Shown here: positions 1 to 10,521 of the stretch, piece after piece | Layout: each line of letters opens with the position of its first letter | How positions within the stretch are numbered: position 1 is the first letter of the stretch | Origin: Iphione sp. A-MEVVRFRX5 | Taxonomy: Eukaryota | Length of the DNA stretch: 64,000 nucleotides | Direction: 5' to 3' | NCBI GenBank assembly: GCA_976226885.1 | Contig: OZ320313.1 | Coordinates: 106,640,001 to 106,704,000, forward strand | Position numbers and translations under genes: made by a program | The notes under the pieces: model-generated | The model's input: the letters and a program-made list of their open reading frames with translations, nothing else | Databases searched by the model: none | Told to the model about the DNA's origin: nothing

Positions 1-700
1 CTATGGAAACCGAGTATTAGCCATAAATCAAACCTAGAAGTGATGATCTACTATTTTAGTATACATGTACATGATCGATCTGATCAGAGTCATGTAGCAC
101 AGACATGCTCTATGACTGTAATATCCGCATATTCATTACTACTTTTTTCACTAGTAATTCTTGTGAATTAGACAATTCATCAAGCATTGTTAGTTGTAAG
201 CTATAAATCAACAGAACTGATGACATTATCTACAGTTCTCTGATAACCTGCCTCTCAAACATCACAAGACAAAAAAGGGTAATATCTTCAGAGATACCCA
301 CACATGTTTGTCATAAACTCCAAGTCAAATTAAGTTTTTAAAAACTAACAAATCTGCAAGGTTTAACTGCAACAAAGTATAAAGTTTGTGTATGCATGCA
401 ACAGCAGTTCTTTTGTCATGGAATGCAACATATGATATTGTTAGCCTCCACCACGATGAAAAACTCCATACCAGGTTGAGTGAAGACAAGCTGTAGCTTA
501 TTAATTGCTGAATGACGTACAAATGGCAACTAAATTGAACCTTTGAAAAACTGCCAATATAAAAAGTCAAAATGCCCTCCATATGACAACAGTAACAATT
601 AACCCCTTTGTGACAACTATATATAACCCCTCTGCCTTTCCTCCACTACAATATATATTGAAATACTTGTACATGTATGTGTAACATGCTAGGAGCTGAT

Positions 701-713
701 CTCTCTCGCTCTC

Positions 714-747
<34 letters not shown>
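701..747. repeat. (CT)n microsatellite
   Basis: Visible dinucleotide run. Confidence 0.95.
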
Positions 748-749
<2 letters not shown>

Positions 750-823
750 GATGATGTTGCCTGTCTCTGTGGGCAGGGCGCTTTTAAGTAGAGCCTGATG
801 TCTCTCAAAACTTCTAAAACTAC

Positions 824-1068
824 TGTGGTGTGTGTGCGGGGCTGTGCGTGCGGGGGTCATAAGTGCGGTGAAAGTGCGGGTGTATGGGTCGTGCGGGGCG
901 TGGCAGGGAGTGCGGTTGTGTGCGTGTGTGTCCCCGCACCTGATATTATATAAGGAGGTGTTGTGCGGGGAATCACCAGTTGCTTGCCTGTGTTGGCTGA
1001 ATAAACATCTTCAACTGTTATCCGGCCTTCCCGCGTCATGAGTCTGAGAAGTGGCAGAAGCCGTAACA
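824..1068 (+). repeat. 5' LTR
   Basis: Starts TGTGG, ends TAACA. TATA-like TATATAA at 947-953, AATAAA at 1000-1005. 3 mismatches versus the 3' LTR by eye. Confidence 0.97.
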
Positions 1069-1069
1069 T

Positions 1070-1087
1070 TGGTGGCAGCGGTGGGAT
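1070..1087 (+). other. Primer-binding site complementary to the tRNA-Leu 3' end
   Basis: TGGTGGCAGCGGTGGGAT begins 1 nt after the LTR; it is the reverse complement of ATCCCACCGCTGCCA+CCA, the 3' end of metazoan tRNA-Leu(AAG/UAG) as recalled, not searched. Confidence 0.88.
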
Positions 1088-1227
1088 ACCCCCTGGTGAT
1101 AGTCGGGAGTACGTTAGCACCACGGGGGAAGAAGAACTGGCTACTTTCAGCGTGGGAAGGAGAGCGGCGACGAGTGACATGGATGATCTGGAAGGAGAAC
1201 GGTCCCCATTAGCTTCGGTTCCCCGAA

Positions 1228-2412
1228 GTGGGGCAGCCTCGCACCCCGCACCCAGGGGCCACCCCGCATACACCGACACTCCAAGGCGGGGCCCCGCACC
1301 CAGCCTTGGCAAGCGGGGCCCCGAGCCGGGCGGACCGGGAGCGGAAGGTGGTACGCCGGCCTAGTATTTTCCGACTGGAGGAACAAAGGGAGCCAACTGC
1401 AGACAATGAAGACCAAGAGGAAGAGTCCGATCAGGCAAGCAACTCAGGCAATAGCGAAGAGGAGGAAGAGGAGAACCCCCCCAGCCACGACAGCGACATC
1501 GGACAGGCTGATAACGGGGGGTCGGCCGCCAATGATTTGTTCCAGGGGCTGGCCCAAGCCTTGATGGCTAGCGTTCAGGAAGCAGCGGCGCAGCACAGGG
1601 CCTCGAAACGGAATCACACCAAACCAGAACAGTATGATGGCACCACACCTTTGATGGATTACATCCAACATTTTGAATGGGTGGCCACGGCAAATCGTTG
1701 GAATGAACGGGAGAAAGCTCTCCAAATGCGTATCAATCTCCGGAAGTCTGCCAGAGCGATCCTGCGAACGGAGGCGTGGGACGAGAATGATCCCCAGGCA
1801 TATCAGAAGCTGTTGAGGTTGTTGAAGCAGAGATTCATGTCCAAGGACCAAGCGGGGCTGTTTGAGCAGCAGTTGAAGAGTCGGAAGCAGGGCAAGGATG
1901 AGGACCTGAATCAGTTTGCAGAGGAGATGGAAAGATTGGTCCGTCAGGCCTACCCGGAGGCAGAGGGCCCCGGGCTCGATCGTATGTGCCGGGAGTATTT
2001 TACCGGCGCTCTTCGGGACAAGAGGGTTCGCAAGCAAGTCACCCTGAGTAAGGCCATCACGTTCCAGGGAGCATTATCCCAGGCTCTGTTGGCAGATTCC
2101 TTTTATCGAGCTGAAGAAGAGAGAGGAAGCACTCATCGTGTTCGCGTTGCCACAGAGGCGGAGGAGGAAGTGGATATGGCTGCGGCAGTTACAGCCCCCA
2201 GGGCCAATGACGGGGCCGCATTGGAGCGGATTGAGCAGCTGCTACAGCAACTACTGAAGCCGGAGCCAGCTGGAGAAACAAAGAAGTCACGACCCCGGGG
2301 AAGAAAGGGGAAGTGCCATTTCTGCGACGAAGTGGGGCACTTCAAAAGGGATTGTGAGAAGATTAAGACGTATCAGGCAGAAAACGGTGTCCCGCCCACC
2401 CCAGAGAAGTAG
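1228..2412 (+). CDS. gag: Gag (retrotransposon capsid domain plus CCHC zinc knuckle); N-terminus probably frameshifted from the ATG at 1038
   Basis: KPEQYDGTTP..YIQHFEWVATANRWN gag motif; CHFCDEVGHFKRDC is a CX2CX4HX4C knuckle. The listed start is GTG; this frame is closed by TAG at 1210-1212. Confidence 0.9.
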   Translation: MGQPRTPHPGATPHTPTLQGGAPHPALASGAPSRADRERKVVRRPSIFRLEEQREPTADNEDQEEESDQASNSGNSEEEEEENPPSHDSDIGQADNGGSAANDLFQGLAQALMASVQEAAAQHRASKRNHTKPEQYDGTTPLMDYIQHFEWVATANRWNEREKALQMRINLRKSARAILRTEAWDENDPQAYQKLLRLLKQRFMSKDQAGLFEQQLKSRKQGKDEDLNQFAEEMERLVRQAYPEAEGPGLDRMCREYFTGALRDKRVRKQVTLSKAITFQGALSQALLADSFYRAEEERGSTHRVRVATEAEEEVDMAAAVTAPRANDGAALERIEQLLQQLLKPEPAGETKKSRPRGRKGKCHFCDEVGHFKRDCEKIKTYQAENGVPPTPEK

Positions 2413-2510
2413 GGCAGGCGGGGTCGACTACAGATCAGGTAGAGTGGCCGGAACACCTTGCTGTGTTAACCTACGACCGGAGTGCCCTCTGTCGACTACA
2501 AGCAAATTGA

Positions 2511-5500
2511 GATAGTGTCACCAAGGGGTGGAGTCTGCCAGCTCGTGTACAGGGGATTTCTATGAATTGGCTTGTGGATACGGGAGCGTCAGTGACGGTT
2601 TTAGCTGAGAGGGTATATCAACAGTTACACGGAACTCCCTTACTTCCTCGTCAGGGCCGCGTGTTGTGCGCTGATGGAAAGCCCTTGGAAATCCAAGGAG
2701 AAGTGAAGCTGAACGTGGAATTCGGCCGAGCCCAATTGCCGGTGGATGCGCGAGTGGCCCTCATCGAAGCGGAGGGGTTATTAGGATTGGATACCCTAAC
2801 TAAGTGGGATGCTACAGTGTGCACGGGGTCAGGTGAGATTGTGGTACGGCTACCTGAACAGGGAGACCGGGTCGTCTTGAAGAGGTCGGTGATTGTCGAG
2901 GGGCGTTGTCGACAAGTTATCCCCATCCAACTAAGTGACCCAAGGCCAAGGGGACAATTCGTGGTCGAAGGACTTCCAAGTTTCAAAGAGAGGTCGGGGC
3001 TGCGAGTGGTGTCGACGCTGTTGGAAGATCAGAAGGGGGAACTTGGCGTACTCGCCTGTAACCCCAGGGAGACGGCCGTGCGACTGTACCAGGGTACCGG
3101 TGTGGGACTGGTGTCCACCCTTACTAGCCCAGAAGAGGGAAGAGAGTTGGGCAAGATAGAGGGAGAGTTACTTGCAGAAGAACAGGAGTCAGCCATCCAG
3201 TCTCTCCTGGACACCCTACCCGAAGAAGTCCAAGAAGCAGAGCGAGAACTGTTACACCGTCTCTTGTGGAAATATCGTGAAGTAATGCAGACACCGTCGG
3301 GACCTCCTGGACGTACCGCCCTGATTTGTCATCAGATAGAGACTCAAGGTCATGTTCCCATCCGCCAACGAACGCGCCGTCTGCCTGGAGACAAGCGACC
3401 ACTGGTCCAAGCAGAGCTGCAGAAGATGATTGACAAGGGTGTTTTGGAACCTTCCGTTAGCCCGTGGGCGTCTCCTGTGGTATTAGTGCGCAAGAAGGAC
3501 GGGGGAGTTCGAATTTGTGTGGATTATCGCAAGCTAAACAACTGCACCAAGAAGGACGCGTACCCATTACCCTGAATTGACGACACACTGGACACGCTTC
3601 AGGGGGCGAGGTATTTTTCCACCTTAGACCTAGCAAGTGGGTACTGGCAAGTCGAGGTACATCCGTCCGACCGGGAGAAGACAGCGGTGTGTACGACTGA
3701 AGGACTTTACCAATTTAAGGTCATGCCATTTGGCCTTTGCAATGCGCCTTCAATCTTTGAGAGGCTCATGGAAGCTATTCTACAAGGCCTAATCGGAGAC
3801 AGGTGCCTGGTCTACCTTGACGATGTGATCATCTTGGGGCGATCGGTAGAAGACAGCTGCGCTAACTTAGCGGAAGTCCTGGAGCGGTTTCGAGAAGCAG
3901 GCCTGCTCATTAAACCGTCGAAGTGCCAGTTATGCCAACGAGGTGTGCGGTACTTAGGGCACGAGGTGTCCGAAGAGGGGGTGTCGCCGGACCCCGAGAA
4001 GACAAGGGCTATTTCAGCATGGCCGGAGCCGAAATGTGTTGATGAAGTGAGAAGTTTCCTCGGGCTAGCTTCATATTACCGAAGCTTCGTCAAGAACTTC
4101 GTGGATATTGCGTCGCCACTCATCCAGTTGACAGAGAAAGGAGCGGAGTTCGACTGGAGCCTCCAGTGTGAGACTGCTTTTTGCTCACTGAAACAACGCC
4201 TCTGTGATGCCCCTATCCTTGCCTATCCGCAACCGGGAGGAGCGTTACGCCTGGACACCGACGCGTCTTTGGTGGGGGTAGGAGCGGTCCTTAGTCAAGA
4301 GCAGGATGGGGAGGAGAAAGTAATTGCCTATGCTAGCCGACGATTGACCAAGCCCGAGCGGAATTACTGCATGACGAGACGCGAGCTATTGGCGGTGGTC
4401 TGGGCTCTTAGGAAATTCAAGCATTACCTTGGTGGTCAGGAAGTACTGATAAGGACTGATCATGATTCCTTGAGATGGCTTTGTCGATTTCATGAGCCAG
4501 AGGGGCAGCTCGCGCGCTGGTTAGAAGAAATATTCTGTTACAACTTCTCCATCGTACATCGGCCTGGAAAGAAACATGGAAATGCAGATGCCCTGTCCAG
4601 GGTAACCTGTAGGCAATGCGGTAGATCGGAGGAAGAGGATCCCGAGGAAGAAACGGTCAGCCGCTTGGAGCTGAGAAGTCAGAACCATCCCTGGGGCATA
4701 GAGGCAGCTACCAGACTCGAGGACGTTCATTGGAAAATAATGGAGTGGCTAAAAGATGGGCATGAAGAGAGGCCAGTGATCCAAGAGCAGCACGGCCGAG
4801 AAGAGAGGAAGCTGTTGGCTGAGTTGGAGCGATTGGAGGAAGATCGTGGCAAATTGATTAGGCTCTGGGAGCTAGAGGATGGCAGACGGCTGAGGCAGTG
4901 TTATGTACCACAGGGTCTACGTCAGAAGGTCTGGGAAGCTGTGCATTCAGGGCCCATGGGGGGGGCCACCTTGGGCCAGAGAAGACCTTGGGGGCGTTGC
5001 GACTCAAGTACTTCTGGCCCGGACAGCGTCGTGACGTCAGGTGCTGGGGGGCAGCAGTGCCAAGAGTGCCAGCAGTGGAAGCCACCGGGAGCTAGTCGTA
5101 GGAACCCCCTGCAACGCAGAGAAGTAGGAGAGCCATGGTCCTTGGTGGCAGTAGATGTGCTCGGGCCCCTTCCTAGAACGGAGAGGGGGAAGCGATATGT
5201 CCTGGTTATCGTAGACCACTTCACCAAGTGGGCGGAAGCATTCCCCTTGGAGGAGGCAAGCGCTGAAGTAACTGCAGATGTCCTGTTAAAAGAAGTGATC
5301 TGCCGCTTTGGACCCCCACGGTCAATCCATTCAGACCAGGGCCGCAATTTCGAGAGTCAGCTAGTGGCGGCAGTACTGAAGAAAATGGGAGTGAAGAAGA
5401 CGCGTACGACCCCATACCACCCCCAGGCTGATGGGGTAGTAGAACGATTGAATCGAACCCTGCTAGCCATGTTAGCTACCACCTGCCGAGAGGCGCAAGA

Positions 5501-6692
5501 AGATTGGGACATCCAACTGCCGTACGTTATGGCAGCATATCGGGCAACCCCCCATGGAAGTACTGGTTGTACTCCAAACTGGTTGATGACACAGAGGGAG
5601 ACCACCCTTCCAGTTGAAGCAATGTATGGAGGACCAGAACCCGATGCACAGAACGTGGTGGATTATGCTGCCGAGTTACAGGACCGTACCCAGAGAGCAT
5701 ATCGCCAGGTGGCACAATCGTTGGGTCGGGTAGCGCAGCGTCAAGCAGACTGGTACGACCAACGAACAAGACCCCAACACCTTGAAGAAGGGGAGTGGGT
5801 GTGGCTCTTCCTCCCTCAGAAGAAGGTGGGGAGGTCCCCCAAGCTCGAGAGGTGGTGGACTGGACCCTGGAAGATAGAGAAGAAGTTGTCATCAGTGGTG
5901 TTCAGGATACAAAAAGGAAGATCTACAAAAGTGGTGCATGGAGACCTGCTCAAGAAAGCTCATGGGGTGAGAGAAGCCACCGAAGTTGACCATGTAGGAG
6001 TATTGCGAAAGGAGGAGATCAAACAAGTCCATATGGCTGGGCGTGTTTTGCGGGTTCGCGCACTGCCGCCCCGCTGGTTGACTGGAACCGCGGGGTGCGG
6101 GGAAGAGCGGGATGTGCGCAACGGTGCTGAGAAGAATGAACTAAGCAGGGACGGTGCGGGGAGCGATGCGGGCGAAGTGCGGTCAACAGACTCAACGATG
6201 GTGCGGGGAGTGCGATCCCCTGAAGACTGGCGTGAGACGGACGTGCTGCCGCCGTGCGGAGAATGGTCGAATCAAAAAATTAGCGAAGTTGGGGTGTCGC
6301 CCTCTATCGTGAGCGGGGCGAATCAAGGGAAACTGACGACGTATGCGCCCTCTGTAGGAAGAGTGTCTGTACTACTCGCCCTGGAGAGAAAATTACGAGG
6401 TGAAGGAACACTGCACCGGTTAACTAAGGAAAAAGAGCAATTGGGGCCGCAGAAGAACAAGCAAAGGAAGCCTCTGTACATAGCCCCGACTTGGGACGTC
6501 AGTGCGGGGGAGTGCGACCCAGCAGCGCAGCAAGAAAGACGCGATTCCCCGATTCAGCCGAGAAGCCGAAACGCAGGAGGAGTGACCTTGACCCGGGCAG
6601 CAGTGCGTGGAAAGGTCGGTTCCCCGTGTAAGCCCCGCTGCGTGTCTTGTCGATTTCCTGATTTTTGGCTTGTGCTTCGTGATGGGGTTTAG
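2511..6692 (+). pseudogene. pol: pol (protease, RT, RNase H, integrase) with premature stops and compensating frameshifts
   Basis: Protease LVDTGAS; [27 protein letters not shown] (TGA 3573-3575 where Arg is conserved), MPFGLCNAP, YLDD; RNase H TDAS, ELLAVV, TDH, NADALSR; integrase VDVLGP, HSDQGRNFES, ERLNRTL. The HHCC region is split over two frames by indels in G-runs (4958-4965, 5046-5051). A further TGA at 2508-2510 lies upstream of the protease. Confidence 0.95.
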
Positions 6693-9451
6693 CCCTAGAG
6701 GCGTGCGAAGAGCGGGAGGCCGGGCGAAACCTAGCCCAGGGCGACGAATCCACGCGCGGGCCCCAGCATCACCTCCCGCCGCTAGGAGGCAGGACCGGTG
6801 CCCCGATCTCATTCCGGTGACGCCGAAGTTCGTCACCCCCGCCGCTAGGAGGTGCAAGAAGAGCCCCGCACTTGTGCAGGGAAACGGCAGTATACCGCGC
6901 TACTGGGATAAAGAAGAGGCCGACGACATGGATGCCCTAATGTGCCGCCTCTGCGACAAGAAGTTTGCGAATCAATACCGCCTAAAAAGGCATGTTGAGG
7001 ATGTACATGGGACCGAGGGGTTCGGACGTCGATGCCCAGACCCCCGCTGTGAGGGGCGAGCCTTCAAACGCCGTGGGGACTTAACAAGGCATCTCCGGCT
7101 GGTCCACCACAATCTGGCGATGGGCCAGAGCATTGAAGTGGAGTAACTGCGCTTCAAGGGACATATGCCCACCTTCGGAAGCCCCCTGCCTCTGCCTAAA
7201 CACCTACAGCATGAATTCGAAGTGCAGAAGGCCGCAGAGGCGAAGAGTAGGAAACGGGAGCTCCACGAATGGCAAGACGAGCAGGAGGCGTGGAGACAGA
7301 GCCTTCAGTCACAGTCTAGCGGAGCTGGGGCATCGCCATCTCAGCCGATTGTCATCGATGAGGAGACAGAAGAGGCCGAGGAAGAAGACGCTCCAGCCGA
7401 ACCGAGCCCCGCGCCCACTGCTCCTACCCAGCCGGGGAAGAAGAGTACCCTCTCGGTGAAGAAGGAAAGTGAGCAGCCCTATGTTTGACCCTTGGCCATC
7501 CGCCGCCCCCCGGCTCAGAAGCTTCCGCCACTGAAGAGGCGACAGGCTACTTCGTCCTCGGACTCGGGCTGGAGCGGCGTCTCCACCCCCTCTTCATCAG
7601 AAGTAACTCCTCCAGTCATGTCACAGAAGAGGAACAAGAGCGGGGGCAAGCGAGGGGTTGTCAAGCGTAGCCGGACAACCACTGAGAAGACTGGAAGGGA
7701 TAGCCCTAAGAGGAGCCCCGCCGCCAAGATGCAACGTCGGCGTTCGTGGTCTGCCGAAGAGGAGCCGGACTTCGATCCGGCGGAGTTCTTGGCTAGTCTT
7801 CAGGACTGGCCCGGGCTGACTGAGCCGGCTCCGACCCCCAAGGGGCAAGAGGAACAGAGTCGCCCATACCCGGACTTTGAAGATATATCTGAAGGTGAGA
7901 CCCAACGTGCAGTAGTGGCCCTCACCATTGCAGAGACTGCGCGGCCATGTGAGTTAGTGGCCAGTAAGTCAGTGATTTTGTCTGGCCAGGGTGGTGCGCC
8001 GCGGCCTGTCGAAGGAAAAGTCCCTTCTGCTGACAAGTCGATTGCAGTTCCCGTAGCTGTTCCTTCCGGGGGCCGCTTGGCTGTTGGCCCTCAGGCTGAG
8101 GATCCAGATGTGGTGGTTGTTGGAGCCTCAGGTGTTGGTGGGTCAATCCCCCCGTCTGGAGACGGGACGACAGCAGCTGTTCCCCCATGTACGGAGGGGG
8201 TGTCGACGGCTCCGCGAGCTACTAGCCCGCCGCCTTCCGGCCCTGACTCACTCGGGGTTGGGCCTGGGCAGAGTGGCGGGTCAATCCCCCCGTCTGGAGA
8301 CGGGACGGCGACTGGTGTCTCCCCGCCTACTGAGGGGACAGACCCCCCGTCTGGAGACGGGATGGCGACCAGTGTCCCCCCACCTACTGAGGGGACAGAC
8401 CCCCCGTCTGGAGACGGGATGGCGACCGAGGTCCCCCCGCCTACCGGCAGGACGACGGCCGGGGTCCCCCCGCCTGCCGGCGGGACGACGTCTGGTCAGG
8501 GCGCTGCCCTGGGCCAGCCGACCGATGTTGCTGCTCCCAGGTTTCACCCCACCGAGCCTCGGCTCACGTTACTGGGGGTGGATCCGATTGATGAGGCCCC
8601 CCCCGTCCGAAGACGGGACGTCAGTGGTCCCGGGTACCTCACGACGAGGAGCACCCACCGAGCCTGGGGATGGCCCCAGTGGAGGAGCTGCTGACAGGAA
8701 GGTCGACCCGGGGTTGACAGAACAGCCGGTCACAACAGCACGTGGCAGAGCGGAGGGGCCCGACCTGGTAGCACGAATGGAGGCGTTCCCCGTGGCTCCT
8801 GGGCCCAGTGACCAGAAACCGTCGGCTCCCTTACAGGTACTGGCGACCGTGGGGCAAGACCAGGAATTGGACTTTGAGAGAGTTGTGCTTCCCCCAGGGC
8901 AGGACTTCGTGGTCGAGGGACCGGAGGACCAAGTCCCCCCGGATAATGGTGCTGCAGGGCCGCAGAGCCAGCGCCCCTCTGCTCAGGTGACGCCCCAGGT
9001 GTCACCACAGAGACCTCGACGCGACTCGTCGTCTGGGATGCCGGCGGTCAGGGTACAGGAGCTGGAGAGCTCAGTCCGGTTCGTAGATGCAGACCGGCCG
9101 GCAGGGGTCGTCACGCCCAAGCTGTTGGTTCTATGGGCAGTGGCGCGACTGATTACACGCACTTCACCTCCGCCCACCCACTGGACTATTCTGAGTGCTT
9201 CGGGACAATCGCGTACCAGGCTCGTTGATAACCATTTCCAAGTGACAATCGACCAAACTGTCCTGTGGCAACATGATGGCCGTGGGGTCCTTCTGCATTT
9301 GAAAGTGTGGTACTACGACCGAGCGGCCAGGTTAGAAGGACTGGTGCCTAGAACGGTGGAGGACACCTGGGAGTACGAGGAGCCTCGAGCGGACCAGCTC
9401 AGGTTGCACATCAGGGAAGTCTTTACTGCTTCGCTCCCTGACGAACAGTAG
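6592..9451 (+). pseudogene. ORF3 of the retrotransposon: two C2H2 zinc fingers, coiled/low-complexity middle, unknown C-terminal domain (two in-frame stops, one frameshift)
   Basis: ORFs 6607-7146, 7165-7488 and 7492-8694 share one frame and are separated only by TAA 7144-7146 and TGA 7486-7488. Coding appears to continue in the 8084-9451 frame after the C8 run at 8597-8604. Fingers: CRLC-x12-HVEDVH and CPDPRC-x13-HLRLVH. Confidence 0.75.
8288..8490 (+). repeat. 57-bp coding tandem repeat in ORF3 (PPSGDG.AT.V.PPTEGTD, about 3 copies)
   Basis: Repeated CCCCCGTCTGGAGACGGGA...CCTACTGAGGGGACAGAC units; a partial extra copy near 8140-8170. Confidence 0.9.
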
Positions 9452-10263
9452 GTTTCCCTTAAAGAAATTCTACCCCTATCATGGATGGTACAGGCGGAGT
9501 GCCATATGCAAAACCTGCCTCTTTTTGCCCTCTCCACCGGAGGGGCTTCTGCTATTAGCTGTGTTCTTGGGCCTGTACTGGCTCTAGGTTTTGAGTATCT
9601 AACCAAGTAAATTCGACCCCTTAAGGGTCGCGTTCCTCACTCTTGAGGTAGTTAATTCATGGCAGGAGGAGAGCGTAGACCAGCCCACTCGGGCCCTCTT
9701 GCAGGTGCTACTGAATAGCGGGGCACCTCTTTCCTTGTTCCATGTTGTGTTGTCCTGTCATGTGTAGAGCTCAGCTCCGGTGCCTTCTGCACTGTTTTAT
9801 TTTCGGTAGTGTTGTATGTCCTGTGTTAAATGTTTGAGCCTTTGAGATAGGAATACTCAAGAAGTTACTCATCTTGGAGAAATTACCGGTAAATTAAGGA
9901 GTTAGCTCACCCAGTGTTGAGGTTGAGCATATTCATCTTTTCCCTTGTTGGTAGCCACTGTTGGCCGTCTTTGGCCCATGTATCTGGGCTATATTTGTTA
10001 CTTACCCTCCATTGTTGGAGGAAAAATAGTTTGTTAAAAGAACTCGTCTAATCTTGACATTCATGTGATGTTTCTCTTTGAGGTAATGTTTAAGCTGACA
10101 CTGTACTGTGCAGTCCGTTTTACTTCTGACTTTGTAAAAGTGGGAAGTTTGAACTTACTTAGCTCTTCTAAGTTGTACTACCCCAGGCACTGGGATCTGT
10201 ACTGATTCCAGGGATGAGTCTTTGGGCTCCTAGGGAGGGACAGTTGCCGGGACGGCAACGTCT

Positions 10264-10276
10264 AGATGGGGAGGAA
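10264..10276 (+). other. Polypurine tract
   Basis: AGATGGGGAGGAA directly abuts the 3' LTR. Confidence 0.85.
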
Positions 10277-10521
10277 TGTGGTGTGTGTGCGGGGCTGTGC
10301 GTGCGCTGGTCATAAGTGCGGTGCAAGTGCGGGTGTATGGGTCGTGCGGGGCGTGGCAGGGAGTGCGGTTGTGTGCGTGTGTGTCCCCGCACCTGATATT
10401 ATATAAGGAGGTGTTGTGCGGGGAATCACCAGTTGCTTGCCTGTGTTGGCTGAATAAACATCTTCAACTGTTATCCGGCCTTCCCGCGTCATGAGTCTGA
10501 GAAGTGGCAGAAGCCGTAACA
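10277..10521 (+). repeat. 3' LTR
   Basis: 245-bp copy of 824-1068, followed by the CTAC duplication. Confidence 0.97.

Larger units (their letters stand above)
824..10521 (+). mobile_element. Full-length Ty3/Gypsy LTR retrotransposon with an extra third ORF; coding regions mutated
   Basis: Direct 245-bp TG...CA LTRs at 824-1068 and 10277-10521; CTAC target-site duplication at 820-823 and 10522-10525; PBS and PPT present; domain order gag-PR-RT-RH-IN. Confidence 0.97.

Noticed and set aside
1444-6857. Many minus-strand and alternate-frame ORFs over gag/pol (e.g. 1444-2037, 4922-5347, 6420-6857)
   Set aside because: Shadow ORFs of GC-rich coding sequence with no motifs. The only useful one is 4898-5095, which holds the frameshifted integrase zinc-binding segment.
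8084-8596. 5' half of ORF 8084-9451 as real protein
   Set aside because: It is the off-frame reading (LETG repeats) of the 57-bp repeat region; only the part after the C run at 8597-8604 is treated as coding.
6607-9451. Calling ORF3 an envelope gene
   Set aside because: No signal peptide, furin-site/fusion-peptide arrangement or transmembrane anchor; it has zinc fingers and basic motifs instead.
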